DNA of 64,000 nucleotides from an uncultured delta proteobacterium (GCA_963755715.1 CAVWLW010000044.1:48050-112049); one strand, 5' to 3'; counted from the first letter of the stretch, positions 46,479 to 56,485 are shown. Numbers and translations are program-made. The notes: generated by a model from the sequence alone, not told the origin.

Positions 46479-46587
46479 ACACGCTTAATCTACGCAGAGC
46501 TCCGTGCTCATCGCACATAATTCGAAAGTGCTCACTTCATCCGATAGGAACCTGCCATTTCGCCTTTACCTGCCTCCTCAGCAGTTC

Positions 46588-46616
46588 TTGACAGGATATC
46601 TCCGCCTTTCTATGGT
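46588..46616 (+). promoter_or_regulatory. sigma-70-type promoter for a near-leaderless mRNA
   Basis: TTGACA-17 nt-TATGGT, ATG 9 nt downstream, no SD. Confidence 0.55.
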
Positions 46617-46625
46617 GCGCGAACC

Positions 46626-47611
46626 ATGAAGACATCGATCGTAACCGCGGCACTGATACTGTTCCTGACAGCCGACTGTCGGCCTGGGCGCAGACTCGAG
46701 CCAAGTTGCACGTCGTCTATCCCGCCATCAGCGGGATCAATGCGCCGCTTTGGTATGCGACCGAGCAAAATCTTTTCCAGAAGTACGGGCTCGAAGTCGA
46801 ATTGATCTACATTCCCACGGCGCTGCAGGTCACGAGGGTCGTTCTGACCGGCGACTCGCAAATAGCTTTTTCCGGCGGCGCTCCGGTCGTGAATGCGGTC
46901 TTGAGCGGCGCGGACTTGGTTTTCATCGGCGGCGTCGCCAACGTGCCGGCCTTTTACATGATGGCTTTGCCTGAGATCAAAAGCGTCGCGGACTTGAAAG
47001 GTAAAACCGTCGGCGTCACGCGCTTCGGCTCGTCGACCGATTTCGCCCTGCGCTATCTCGTGCAGAAAAATGGCTTCAACCCCGACAAGGATCTCAATAT
47101 ACTTCAGCTCGGCGGCATGCCGGAGCTCGCCGCGGCGCTTTCCAAGCGCTTGATCGTCGCCGCGCCATTGTCGGCGCCGACTCACATCCGCGCCCGCGCC
47201 GCCGGCGCCCAACCGTTACTCGATATGGCCAAAGCCGGCGTCTATTTTCCTCACACCGCCGTCATCACCCGGCGCGCTTATTTGAAAACCAACCGCGAAA
47301 CGACGTTGAATTTTTTCCGGGGCTATTCCGAAGGCCTGCAGCGATTCATGCAGGACAAAACTGCGGCGAAGAAGATCATCCAAAAGTACACACGCGACAC
47401 CGCCGAAGATATCATCGAAGCGACGTATCAATACGCGGTCGATTACGTGGTCCGCCCGCCCTATCCCAATCGCGAAGGGATCGTGGAAACTCTCAAGCTA
47501 AGCCAAAACGCGGAAGCCAAGAAAGCCAACCCGGATAATTTCCTCGACAGCAGCGTCGTAAAGACACTGGAAGATCAAGGATTCCTGCGCCAAATCGGCA
47601 TGCAGAAGTAG
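46626..47611 (+). CDS. SsuA/THI5-like ABC substrate-binding protein (frameshift in signal peptide near 46670)
   Basis: MKTSIVTAALILFL / SAWAQTRAKLHVVY; LFQKYGLEVE, DLKGKTVGVTRFGSSTD. Confidence 0.87.
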
Positions 47612-47689
47612 GTCGGGCGACAGAGTTCGAAGGCCTATCTCGCGGATTTTCGATAGAATACAAAATTCGTGCCTGAGCTTCGAAGATTC

Positions 47690-47720
47690 GATGAGTTTCT
47701 CCCTTCGGTCGAAATGACAA
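47690..47720. repeat. REP-like remnant
   Basis: GAGTTTCTCCCTTCGGTCGAAATGACA between convergent genes. Confidence 0.5.
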
Positions 47721-47792
47721 AATGCCCGACCTGCGCCGCCGCGATTACGTTTTCGAGAACGCTAGACTCGAGATACCAACCAAAAACTCTTT

Positions 47793-48893
47793 TTAAGGAT
47801 GCACCGTCTCCAAAAACCAATCGGTGGGAATCTCTCTGCCTAGCCCCTTCGCTTTTGCATCATCGAAGATCGCTTTGCCGAGCGCCGCAAACTGAATCCC
47901 GAGCCCGATATTGTTATTGAAGCAGGTGATCTCTTTAGCCGATTGCCGGCCGGGGAGCTTTCCCGCTATCACGTCTTTTAGTTCCGGAGCGCCGAGCCAG
48001 AAAGGCTGTTTCGGAGCGACGTTCGGTCCCTTCGCGCCTTCGGTCAACAGATCGATCGGATCATGCGCTTCGACCTTCTCATCGTTGAACCCGGTGATGT
48101 AATTGTCGGGCGCCCATTTCCGCGTATGAATGACCAAGCGATCGACTTTGCGGAGTGTCTCCTCGCCGAGCTCAGTGATTTTCACACAGGTCACATGCAT
48201 GCCGGGTTTCAGCCATTCCGGCGGCACGACTCTCGATACCGAATTGGTCGCTGCCACGAGAATGTCCGCGCGCTCGGCGACTAATTCCCCGGAGATCACC
48301 GCGTCCACAGGAACGCCGAGTTCTTTCTCGACTTCGGCGGCGAACTTCTCCCGATTTGCTTTCGTCGGGCTGTGAACCAGTATTTTCTTGATGGGGCGGA
48401 CCGCACACATCGCTTTCGCGTGAGCGCGCGCCTGCCAACCGGAACCGAGTATCCCGACAACCGCGGCGTCCTCGCGCGCGAGATACCGCGCCGCCAGCGC
48501 GCTGCTGGCCGCGACTCGAATACCTTGAATGATGCCGTCAGGAAAAATTGCCAGCGGCTCTCCGCTCTCGGCGGAAAATAGCAGAACGAGACCGACCCAT
48601 TTATTGCCCGGCGCAGCCGGCACTTTGTCTTTGATGATGCGTCCGCCTTTTTCTTCCCACTTGATGACGTCCGAGTTAAGGCGCAAAGCCACGACCTTTT
48701 CTCGCGTCAGTCCGCCTTCCATAGTTTTGAAACAATAGACCCCGCCAGTGGTTGTCGCGGGTAGATAAAGATCGCTGCGCGGCCGATTGACGGCGCTTCC
48801 TTCGGACAATTCTCTGTAAGCAGCTTCGAGGTGCCGCAAGCACTTTTCCATCGACAACAACTCGCTGACTTCTTCGTTATTCAAGATCATCAT
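47793..48893 (-). CDS. ornithine cyclodeaminase/mu-crystallin family protein
   Basis: R.AA.SALAA.YLAR, GILGSGWQAR.H, WLKPGMHV, GLGIQFAA. Confidence 0.9.
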   Translation of the reverse strand: MMILNNEEVSELLSMEKCLRHLEAAYRELSEGSAVNRPRSDLYLPATTTGGVYCFKTMEGGLTREKVVALRLNSDVIKWEEKGGRIIKDKVPAAPGNKWVGLVLLFSAESGEPLAIFPDGIIQGIRVAASSALAARYLAREDAAVVGILGSGWQARAHAKAMCAVRPIKKILVHSPTKANREKFAAEVEKELGVPVDAVISGELVAERADILVAATNSVSRVVPPEWLKPGMHVTCVKITELGEETLRKVDRLVIHTRKWAPDNYITGFNDEKVEAHDPIDLLTEGAKGPNVAPKQPFWLGAPELKDVIAGKLPGRQSAKEITCFNNNIGLGIQFAALGKAIFDDAKAKGLGREIPTDWFLETVHP

Positions 48894-48960
48894 CGCTATG
48901 AATTCTCCTTCGGACTGCCAATTGGTATCGCGGAGACTACGCCGGCAGTCAAGCGAGCTC

Positions 48961-49022
48961 GGTTTAACTTTGAATTTTCAACGCGATCCGTGAGTTCGAA
49001 TGGCTTGAACGATTTTGAACGC
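48961..49022. repeat. REP-like element, TTGAAC family
   Basis: GTTCGAATGGCTTGAACGATTTTGAACG resembles 38470-38505. Confidence 0.45.
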
Positions 49023-49034
49023 CGGAGAAATCTA

Positions 49035-50512
49035 TTAAGCCCGCGATCCGCCATTCCAGCGCAACAAATTCATAAATTCACGCCGCGTCTTGGGTCCGTA
49101 GGTTTGATAGTGCGGCTCGGGGTGCTCGAGGTACGCGACGCGCTCACGAGCGATACTATCGGCACGAGTGTGCTTTTTCACGTCATCGGCGCTGATCGCA
49201 TAGACCCGAGCTCGCATTCAGACCGAAGATCTTCGCGCGCAGCGCCGGCGTGATCTCGGGATAGCCATACATCGCGCGCAGTTCGGGACGCGATCTGGAA
49301 AGTGCGAAACGCCTGGATCTGATCTTGAGGCGATCCATACCAGATCGAGTCGGTGCCCCAGAGCACATTGTTCTCGCCGCAGTACTTGAGGAGCTTGCCG
49401 AGCGCGTGCGCCGCGCTCGTCGGCTCGCGCATGAGAAAGCGCCAAGTGCTGCCGAGCTCGGCGTAAACGTTGCTGTTCGGTTTGACACCGTTCTCGACCA
49501 GCGAGCGAATGAGCGTATCGATGCCGTCGCTCGCGCCGCGCCCGCTGTAGGCGCGCTCCGGTACGCCAGTGACAAAACCCGAATGATAGACCAGAAAACT
49601 CACATCCGGAAAGCGTTTCGCCACGACCCCGATGTCGCTGCACTGGCTGTGCTCGTAGGACTGCTTGCCGAATGGCAGACCCTTGTGCACGCAGATTACT
49701 TTCACGCCGAGCGCGCGCGCCTTCTCGATAAAGCGCGTGCCGATATCGTCCGACAGAAAGAACCCCTTGCCGTCAACGCCCCACTGCGTGTAGCACTTCC
49801 ACGCCGACACTTTCCAGCGCTCTTTCAGCTCGTCCATCGATTCCAAATCACCCGGCTGATTCGGGTTGACCCGGCCATGTATCAACAATCGATGCGACCC
49901 TTCCATGCGGTCGACGATCCGCCGCACCGCATCCGCCGCTTGGATCGTCAGCGGCTCGGCATCGCGGCGCGACGGCACGAACGAAAGCACCATCATGTCG
50001 GTGTCGCTATCGAGAAACACGTCTTTGACAAATTCCTCGGGTCCGAGACAGTTGAGATAACTGAGCGCCCCCGGCTTGGCGGCGAGCCCGCAGCCCGCTT
50101 TGGGCGACCACTTGAAAGCATCGGCGGGCGCTGTCTTCACCCAGGCTCCGGTCGGGTCGACGAAGTGTCCCTGCACGTCAAAGATAAATTCGCCCTTGCC
50201 GCCGAGCCGCGCCTGCGCGAGCTGCGGTTCGAGCGCCGCCTCAGATTCGATGTCGAAGAATCCGCCCAACTTTCGCACTGCCGCGTTGGCCGCATTGAAC
50301 GCAAGCAACGTAGTCGCCGCGCCGCACGCCGAAACCAGAAAGTCGCGTCGGCTCATGCCTAAACGCTTCGCATTCACGCTCGCAGCCTCGTGCGCCAGGC
50401 GATTCCCGGCGCGATTCGCCGGTGAAAGCGGCACGGGCACGAACTCACCGTTCGAAGTCGTATCAATTTTAATCGGTAGCCTTTGGCCTTCGGGATCGAT
50501 CACGTGTTTCAT
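49035..50512 (-). CDS. amidohydrolase family protein (two frameshifts near 49290 and 49215)
   Basis: FDVQGH, CVHKG, YHSG, YAELGSTW, WGTDSIW, continuing as YGYP..T...RAKIFGLN/ARVY; internal SRRDFL motif. Confidence 0.85.
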
Positions 50513-50914
50513 GAGAGCGAATATAGACCAGAAATTAAGACGTGGCGAGATGTTTAGCCCATCGCGTTCGATTCACAAAGCGACTTCAGGCAGATTTACT
50601 ATGTTTCACGGAGACCGGCCTTCGCGCTTTGGTGTCGCAAATCCTAGCCTCAACCGATCAAACGCGGTCGATAGCTTGAAGAAGTGGCATGGTAGCCCCT
50701 CCACAATTTCGACGGAAAGGTGATAACTGTTAAGACCGCCTCGAATAACAGCGACGTAAGCGCTTTGAAGACTTGAATCAAATTTTGTAGGTGCGATTCT
50801 ATTCCAGCAGCGCGCTTAACGGGAGAACACCCAAAAATTAAAACGCCCATCGAGATAAACTCGATGGGCGTTCTTGTTATCGTAAACCTAGGTGGGATCA
50901 AGCCCACCCTTGGT

Positions 50915-51139
50915 TTAGTGTTTATTGATGAGGCGCTTTCTTCTCCACACACTGAGCAAAATCAACCCAGCACCCAAAAGTACCATAGTCAACGGTTCGG
51001 GAACTCGCGTCAACAATTGGGAAAAGTCACTTAATGACTCTAGCGAAAAGGTAAGAGTAACGCCATAGACAATCGATGTCATCAAAACCGTCGCCACAAT
51101 AATCGAGCATACTCCTAAGATCAAATTCTTCGATGACAT
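50915..51139 (-). CDS. minimal PEP-CTERM sorting-domain protein (74 aa)
   Basis: C-terminal VPEPLTMVLLGAGLILLSVWRRKR; N-terminal hydrophobic signal; ATG at 51139 downstream of a sigma-54 site. Confidence 0.85.
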   Translation of the reverse strand: MSSKNLILGVCSIIVATVLMTSIVYGVTLTFSLESLSDFSQLLTRVPEPLTMVLLGAGLILLSVWRRKRLINKH

Positions 51140-51173
51140 TAATATTTCCCCGGTCCAATGACTATCGCTAACC

Positions 51174-51188
51174 GCAAAACCCGTGCCT
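51174..51188 (-). promoter_or_regulatory. sigma-54 -24/-12 promoter
   Basis: AGGCAC-GGGTT-TTGC. Confidence 0.75.
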
Positions 51189-51240
51189 ATCGGTAAGTAT
51201 TCGATAATGCGAAGAATCAACAAGTACCTTCTCATAAAAA

Positions 51241-51259
51241 CTGTAAAATCAATTTACAG
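51241..51259. promoter_or_regulatory. enhancer-binding-protein site (PrsR-type)
   Basis: CTGTAAA-ATCAA-TTTACAG palindrome about 55 bp upstream of the -24 box; degenerate copy at 51331-51349. Confidence 0.7.
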
Positions 51260-51534
51260 CTTCTTTTGAGTTTCATCACAATCTGACTTAACTATTTAAT
51301 AACTAAATCGAAAACTGATCCTACTGATCTCTGTAAAAATTTATTACGGTTTATTGTCGTTATGAAGGAAGGCGGTCGGCAGTTCCAGCTTTATCTTAAG
51401 CATCACCTTCAGCCTTGCGAGAGCATCCGAATCACTATTAGCTCCCAGTAACACACCGCGCCCTGGAATCCGGATTTGTCTTCCGGTTTGTTTTATCGGC
51501 CAGCCCTGGAGATGTCCCGCATAAAACTGTGCAG

Positions 51535-51680
51535 CTACTCGGTTTCCAGTTGTTCGACCAATTATTTTGCCTCTTTCAGTTCTGGGAAGTCCTGACCACT
51601 CTTGAATATCTGGATTAGCACTTCTTTGGCTAATACCGATGGTCTAGTGCGAGGTGATACAAGACTACGGATTCCTACTT
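51535..51680 (-). pseudogene. remnant of a TPR protein C-terminus (PrsT-like)
   Basis: SVVLYHLAL / LAKEVLIQIFKSGQDFPELKEAK*LVEQLETE*. Confidence 0.45.
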
Positions 51681-51793
51681 TTGCATTTCTCTTTACTCTC
51701 ATTGTTTCGTGATCGGCACCTTCGAAGAGACGTTAAGAGGTAACGAACAGAAAGAACTAGTGCGATGGAGAGAAGCTTAAATCAACCCCATAA

Positions 51794-52744
51794 CTAACTT
51801 GAATTCTGGTCGCTTACAACGAAGGCTTTCACAGTTCGCATCAGTCCTTCCTTTAGCCACACTTTGGGCTCATAGCCAAGTAGACGCCGTGCCGCAGTGA
51901 TATCGGCGAGGGAGTGACGTACATCTCCTGGCTTCGGGTCGGCATAATTCACTTCTGCTTTGACGCCCATAATTTCCTCCAACAATCGTATCAAGGTGTT
52001 CAACGTGACGCGCTCGCCACAACCTATGTTACAGACGTTCCCAGGCGCGGCGCTCGCTTGTAACGCCATCAAATTCGCCTCGACGACATTCTCCACATAC
52101 GTAAAGTCCCGGGACTGTTCGCCGTCACCGTAAACTGTAATTGGTTTCTTCACTAGCATCGCGTTGATAAACTTCGGGATCACCGCAGAATATTCGGAAT
52201 GAGGGTCTTGCGCAGGCCCAAACACATTAAAATACCTTAGGCTTACTGTCTCCAGTTCATACAAGCTATGATATAGCTTGCAGTAGTGTTCGCCCACCCA
52301 TTTCTGTAACGCATAAGGCGAAAGTGGGTTTGGCGGCATTTGTTCGGTTTTGGGTAACACCTCAGTATCGCCGTAAGCTGACGACGATGCGGCATAAACG
52401 ACACGGCGGACACCCGCTTTTCGACAACTTTCGAGAAGATTTACGGTCGCGGTCACGTTCGCTCGATTTGTACCTACGGGGTCGCTAACTGATCTCTGAA
52501 CCGACGGAACCGCTGCCTGATGCAGAACACAATCGATTCCCTGCACGGCTTCTTCGCTGACTTGCTGATTGGCCAAGTCTCCTCTGACCAGGTCGACAGA
52601 CTCGCGCACATCATCTAGACGCTCCGCCAGGCCCGTCGATAGATTGTCCACTACGCGAACCTCTGCGCCCTCTGAGACAAGCCGCCTCACGATATGCGAG
52701 CCGATGAAACCGGCACCGCCTGTAACCAAATAACGTTTAGACAT
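51794..52744 (-). CDS. NAD-dependent nucleotide-sugar 4-epimerase (WbpP/TviC-like)
   Basis: VTGGAGFIGS, SSSAYG, SPYALQK (YxxxK), LRYFNVFGP, GDGEQSRDF. Confidence 0.93.
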   Translation of the reverse strand: MSKRYLVTGGAGFIGSHIVRRLVSEGAEVRVVDNLSTGLAERLDDVRESVDLVRGDLANQQVSEEAVQGIDCVLHQAAVPSVQRSVSDPVGTNRANVTATVNLLESCRKAGVRRVVYAASSSAYGDTEVLPKTEQMPPNPLSPYALQKWVGEHYCKLYHSLYELETVSLRYFNVFGPAQDPHSEYSAVIPKFINAMLVKKPITVYGDGEQSRDFTYVENVVEANLMALQASAAPGNVCNIGCGERVTLNTLIRLLEEIMGVKAEVNYADPKPGDVRHSLADITAARRLLGYEPKVWLKEGLMRTVKAFVVSDQNSS

Positions 52745-52806
52745 TCTCTCTCATAATAACACAAACATGGATGATCCTTATAGATCACCCACAGGTATTT
52801 GACGCT

Positions 52807-53775
52807 TTAGGGAATATTTTGAACGATCAGCGGCCCCAGTAGTTTCGTTAGCGGAATTGGCAACTTTTGCCAGACACGAATCGCGGCTTGATATTTTGGA
52901 TTTGATGGACTCAAGTGGGGCATTTCGCACCCTTCATCCAACAGGTATTGCCAATAAAGCTGCACTGGCACCGCACCCCATTGCTTCTTGAAATTGTAGG
53001 TACCCTCATGCGGTGTCGAACGGCCAAAATCCAATTTGCTAAAGCCCTTGGCGATGGCAAAGCGGATCGCTTCCCAATAAAGCATGTTGTTTGGACAGAG
53101 CGCCTTGTAGTCGCTGACCGAAGAGGCCCAAGGAATTTCCAAAGTGCCTTTGAACCAGAAACCGATTCCGGCAGCAATCATTTTTTCGTCGTGATACACT
53201 GCAAAGATTCTACTCGAATCGGCGAAAGATTCTAGAATGTTGTGGAAAAAATGTTTCCCATAAATCGGCGTGCCCAGATCGCGCATATTGCGGGCGAAAA
53301 CGTCATAGAACCCGTCTAAAAGGTTCAGGTGACCGACGACAAATTTAAGCCGACTTTTCTGCGCCTTGCGGATTTGGTTCCGTAGCTTGGCATTAAAAAC
53401 TTGCCATTGCCCTTCGTCATCCGTAAGCAAATCAAGAACCATGGTAACTTTATGCTTGTTGGTTGGCAGCGCATCGAGCCCAATACCAAGGTGACGTAAC
53501 TCCACATGGGTAGCCTTAAGAGCCATGCGAAGCTGCTCGGCCTCGGATAACAAGAACGCGCGCTACCACGTCGTTATTACACAGCACCCCACCGTAGTTG
53601 ACAAACGGCATGGAAACCAAAAATTTCCGAAAAGGCGACCTATGGCAGCACACCCTGCCATCCCTCACACTCGTCAATAGCAGCGAGGTAATAGCAGCTA
53701 TGGCCAAAGGTCTCATTATCATGGCCTTCCATCGCAACCGGTGATAACTACCCTCGCCGCGTTCCACAAATGGAG
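52807..53775 (-). pseudogene. FemAB-related GNAT protein of PEP-CTERM systems, 5' third degraded
   Basis: Intact C-terminal part (MRDLGTP, NMLYW, DFGRS, FKKQWG). N-terminus is spread over frames: YHRLRW / TFGHSCYYLA..GVLP* / LVSMPFVNYGG. Confidence 0.75.
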
Positions 53776-53914
53776 TTAGAGAGTTCCCTTTATAATGGAT
53801 CCGTGACGAATGTGAGGCGGTATAGACCATTTGCAGCTCCGGTTCTTTCAAGCACGATAAATTTGACTCCGCCGTGATATATTCGTAACTGAACACCGGG
53901 AGTCTAGCCCATCT

Positions 53915-54385
53915 AGCCCCTAACAGAAATAGGCTTCGGTGAACTTCCGCGCTATTTCTTGATTGGTGCCGGAAACTCTTTTCTAAAAGAATCCGTTCAA
54001 GAATCGGCTAAGCTTCCGGTTCAACCAAAAGGTCGAGATCTCTGACTACTCTCAGTTGCGCCTCCGGATAGAATTCACTGGCTATCGAGAGCCTTTGAGC
54101 GCCGTGATGGGGGACAACGGGCCGGCGAATCGCTTTAATTCGCGAAGAGTCTCGAGCTGGATATTGTTAAGAGACGGACACTGAGATTCGCTGCCTCAAG
54201 TTCGCGCCACAATGGCGACTCGGACCTGCGCGAATCGGTTCGGCTGAGAAAAACAGAAACGATGGAGCAAAGCCCGTCTTTATTATCCAGTGTATCTGCG
54301 GGCCGTCAAAAGAGGATGGGCATGGAAGCCCATTCCCTTTAGCAATGCTGCGCAGTAATGCTAAACGACCAGAATGGGATTTAGA
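53915..54385 (-). pseudogene. nucleotidyltransferase (NTP_transf_5-like), frameshifted and truncated
   Basis: PITALKG / SIASEFYPEAQLRVVRDLDLLVEPEA* matches the LKG..Y..R..DxDLLV signature; several frameshifts and a stop. Confidence 0.7.
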
Positions 54386-54420
54386 GCACGGGTAGCTCTA
54401 CGCCTGTTCCCGTATATTTT

Positions 54421-55242
54421 CTAGAGGTCTTGAGCAAAGAAACCTTTCACGAGTTCACACGTGGCATGGAGATCAGCCGTGAGTAGCTCAAAACAGCGCG
54501 CCTGCGAAACGATCTCCATCGCAGCATCTAGGCCGTCTGCCGAATGGGCGATCGGATTGAGGGCGTTCATGAACAGACGTGCCGTCGCTTCGGCATTCCT
54601 CATAGGTTTCAGCACAGGCGCATCGGCTTCACCGATGAAGCGCAGAAAAAAAATGGCCTTGAGCGGCATCAGCTCCCTCACCGTTTGAGAAGGCAGGCAC
54701 GAAGTGGGCACATGCGCCGTCCGCGCAGTATAAATGGTTCCCGTCGGCAATGGATAGCCAGAGGGCGGGTCCGCCTTCAGGCAAAGAGCATGCGGAAATG
54801 GATGGACCCGCATATTGGTAATATCGATCGGCGCAAGTTCATCGCTTAGGTACTGTAACCCATGATGCAAAAGCCCCCAGGTCGTGGTCGATTTGCCATA
54901 GCCGGACGGTGCAACCAGAGCTATTGCGTAACCGTCTAAAGCGAGTACAGCCGCGTGAACGAAATAGAGGTCGGGCCTGAGTTTTTGGGTCTCAATGGTG
55001 AGATCTTTATCGAATTTATAGATAAAGTCACCACAGTCGCGCGCAATCTCAGGACTCGCTCCGTTTCGCGCTATATAAAGCCTTTCGGATGATGATTCGC
55101 GAGCGATTCGATAACTAATTTCCGCTTTTCTGATGGGGTGTTTAAACAAGCGATAAATGCGCGTCAGAAATGACGCCGCTTGTTCGTCGATGCACTCAAC
55201 GCGGATGTCACAACCAAAAACGCACAACTCGATGAGGCTCAT
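54421..55242 (-). CDS. HPr-kinase-related P-loop kinase
   Basis: FVHAAVL, APSGYGKST Walker A, YLSDELAPID, PFP.AL.LK. Confidence 0.85.
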   Translation of the reverse strand: MSLIELCVFGCDIRVECIDEQAASFLTRIYRLFKHPIRKAEISYRIARESSSERLYIARNGASPEIARDCGDFIYKFDKDLTIETQKLRPDLYFVHAAVLALDGYAIALVAPSGYGKSTTTWGLLHHGLQYLSDELAPIDITNMRVHPFPHALCLKADPPSGYPLPTGTIYTARTAHVPTSCLPSQTVRELMPLKAIFFLRFIGEADAPVLKPMRNAEATARLFMNALNPIAHSADGLDAAMEIVSQARCFELLTADLHATCELVKGFFAQDL

Positions 55243-55287
55243 TTATCACAAAGTGGATACTGCGCATTTGATTGCTATGACGAAAGG

Positions 55288-55464
55288 CTACTTGTCCTTC
55301 TTGTCTTTATCTTTTTTATCTTTCTTGTTCTCTCCTTCGCTATTTAGTCCATCCCCAGACCCTGCAGAGGCAAAAGAAAAGTTGGCGGACATGGTTAAGA
55401 TAATGGGCGTAATATAAGCCGCTTTTTTTATTATATCCCTTCTCGTCGTGCGTTCTTCAGACAT
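55288..55464 (-). CDS. 58-aa putative precursor peptide with twin-arginine / YxxP leader
   Basis: Hand translation MSEERTTRRDIIKKAAYITPIILTMSANFSFASAGSGDGLNSEGENKKDKKDKDKKDK*; AAAGGAG RBS 5 nt before ATG; fills the gap between PqqD and kinase genes. Confidence 0.85.
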   Translation of the reverse strand: MSEERTTRRDIIKKAAYITPIILTMSANFSFASAGSGDGLNSEGENKKDKKDKDKKDK

Positions 55465-55489
55465 CGATGCTCCTTTGTCTGCAATTTCT

Positions 55490-55813
55490 CTAATATGTTT
55501 GCAAGAGGTTTAGTCTTCGTAATTTCGTAACAATTCCCTCGACATCTTGGCGACCCTTAATAGAATCAATCTCGTATGCGTTTGCGAGACGTTCAGCAAT
55601 CTCGTCAATTGTTAAGATGCCGTCGCAACAGTTCCAGATAAAAGTCGCAGTCGGATTAAGCTGATGAAGGTGTCCTTCCTGACGATTCAATATCACCGTT
55701 TCTCCGTCGATAGTTCTGTACGTGACATCTGGGCGACGTTGCGGGCGCGGCTCGCCGGCTATTCCGTTGCTTTGCGACGGGTTGCCATCGCTTTCAGTTT
55801 TTCCAAAATTCAT
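55490..55813 (-). CDS. PqqD family / RiPP recognition element
   Basis: IDGETVIL, LNPTATFIW..CDG..TI.EI...L...Y, DV...L...NLL. Confidence 0.92.
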   Translation of the reverse strand: MNFGKTESDGNPSQSNGIAGEPRPQRRPDVTYRTIDGETVILNRQEGHLHQLNPTATFIWNCCDGILTIDEIAERLANAYEIDSIKGRQDVEGIVTKLRRLNLLQTY

Positions 55814-55850
55814 ATGCGATTACTATTCGAGTTTTACACAAGAACTAGGA

Positions 55851-55865
55851 GCAAGCTTTATACCA
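55851..55865 (-). promoter_or_regulatory. sigma-54 -24/-12 promoter
   Basis: TGGTAT-AAAGC-TTGC(T); TGTAAA-N5-TGAACA at 55925-55941 upstream. Confidence 0.7.
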
Positions 55866-56485
55866 ACAAAACTGCACCGTGCACCGGTTAAAAAGACCAG
55901 ACTTAATCAGATGACTGCCAGAAATGTAAAGTTTCTGAACAGCAAATTTTGTCACAACTGACATTTAGGATTGTCACTCGAAGTCGCGAAAGGCGCTTCG
56001 GTGAAGTATCAGTCGATCGCCGACGCCGGATAGCGGTACGAACTCGAATACGATCGGATAACGCCAGGCACTCCAATCGGGTAACCCGTCACTCATAAAG
56101 AACAGCACGGTCAGCGTATAGAAGTTTGAACTGATTGATGCACCGGTGGAAAGGAAATTGTCGCGGCGAGAAGGAACGGCTCAGATCTTCATGGCGAGTC
56201 GTCGCTCGCTCGGTTGGATTCCGAATAAGAAGGCAAACAGGGGCATGTCTGTGACACCAGCGGTGATACTAGCTCCGAGCCATGGGTAAGCGTTGGATAG
56301 ACTGATGACGCACGCAGTGTCCGGCAGCATAACGGCTGGCTTAGCAGGCGGCCCCGATTATGCGGCGAAACCTTGAGCTTGCGAAAGTGGCCGTCACTTG
56401 GATGATCGATCAGGTTTCGGCTGACGAGATCAGGCCTCTAACAGAGGACACGTATCCAATGGATTCGATCTTTCGCCGGTATATT

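Noticed and set aside
50520-51300. Integrase/tRNA-bounded genomic island junction
   Set aside because: Composition shifts here, but no tRNA, integrase, transposase or direct repeat was found.
53915-55813. Canonical lasso peptide or PQQ biosynthesis cluster
   Set aside because: No asparagine-synthetase-like cyclase, B2 peptidase or PqqB/C/E in the window; the peptide lacks the PqqA ExxxY motif and the lasso Thr(-2).
55970-56480. Possible gene remnant or ncRNA between the Cys-motif ORF and the PqqD promoter
   Set aside because: The frames I translated gave no recognisable motif and I saw no stable structure.
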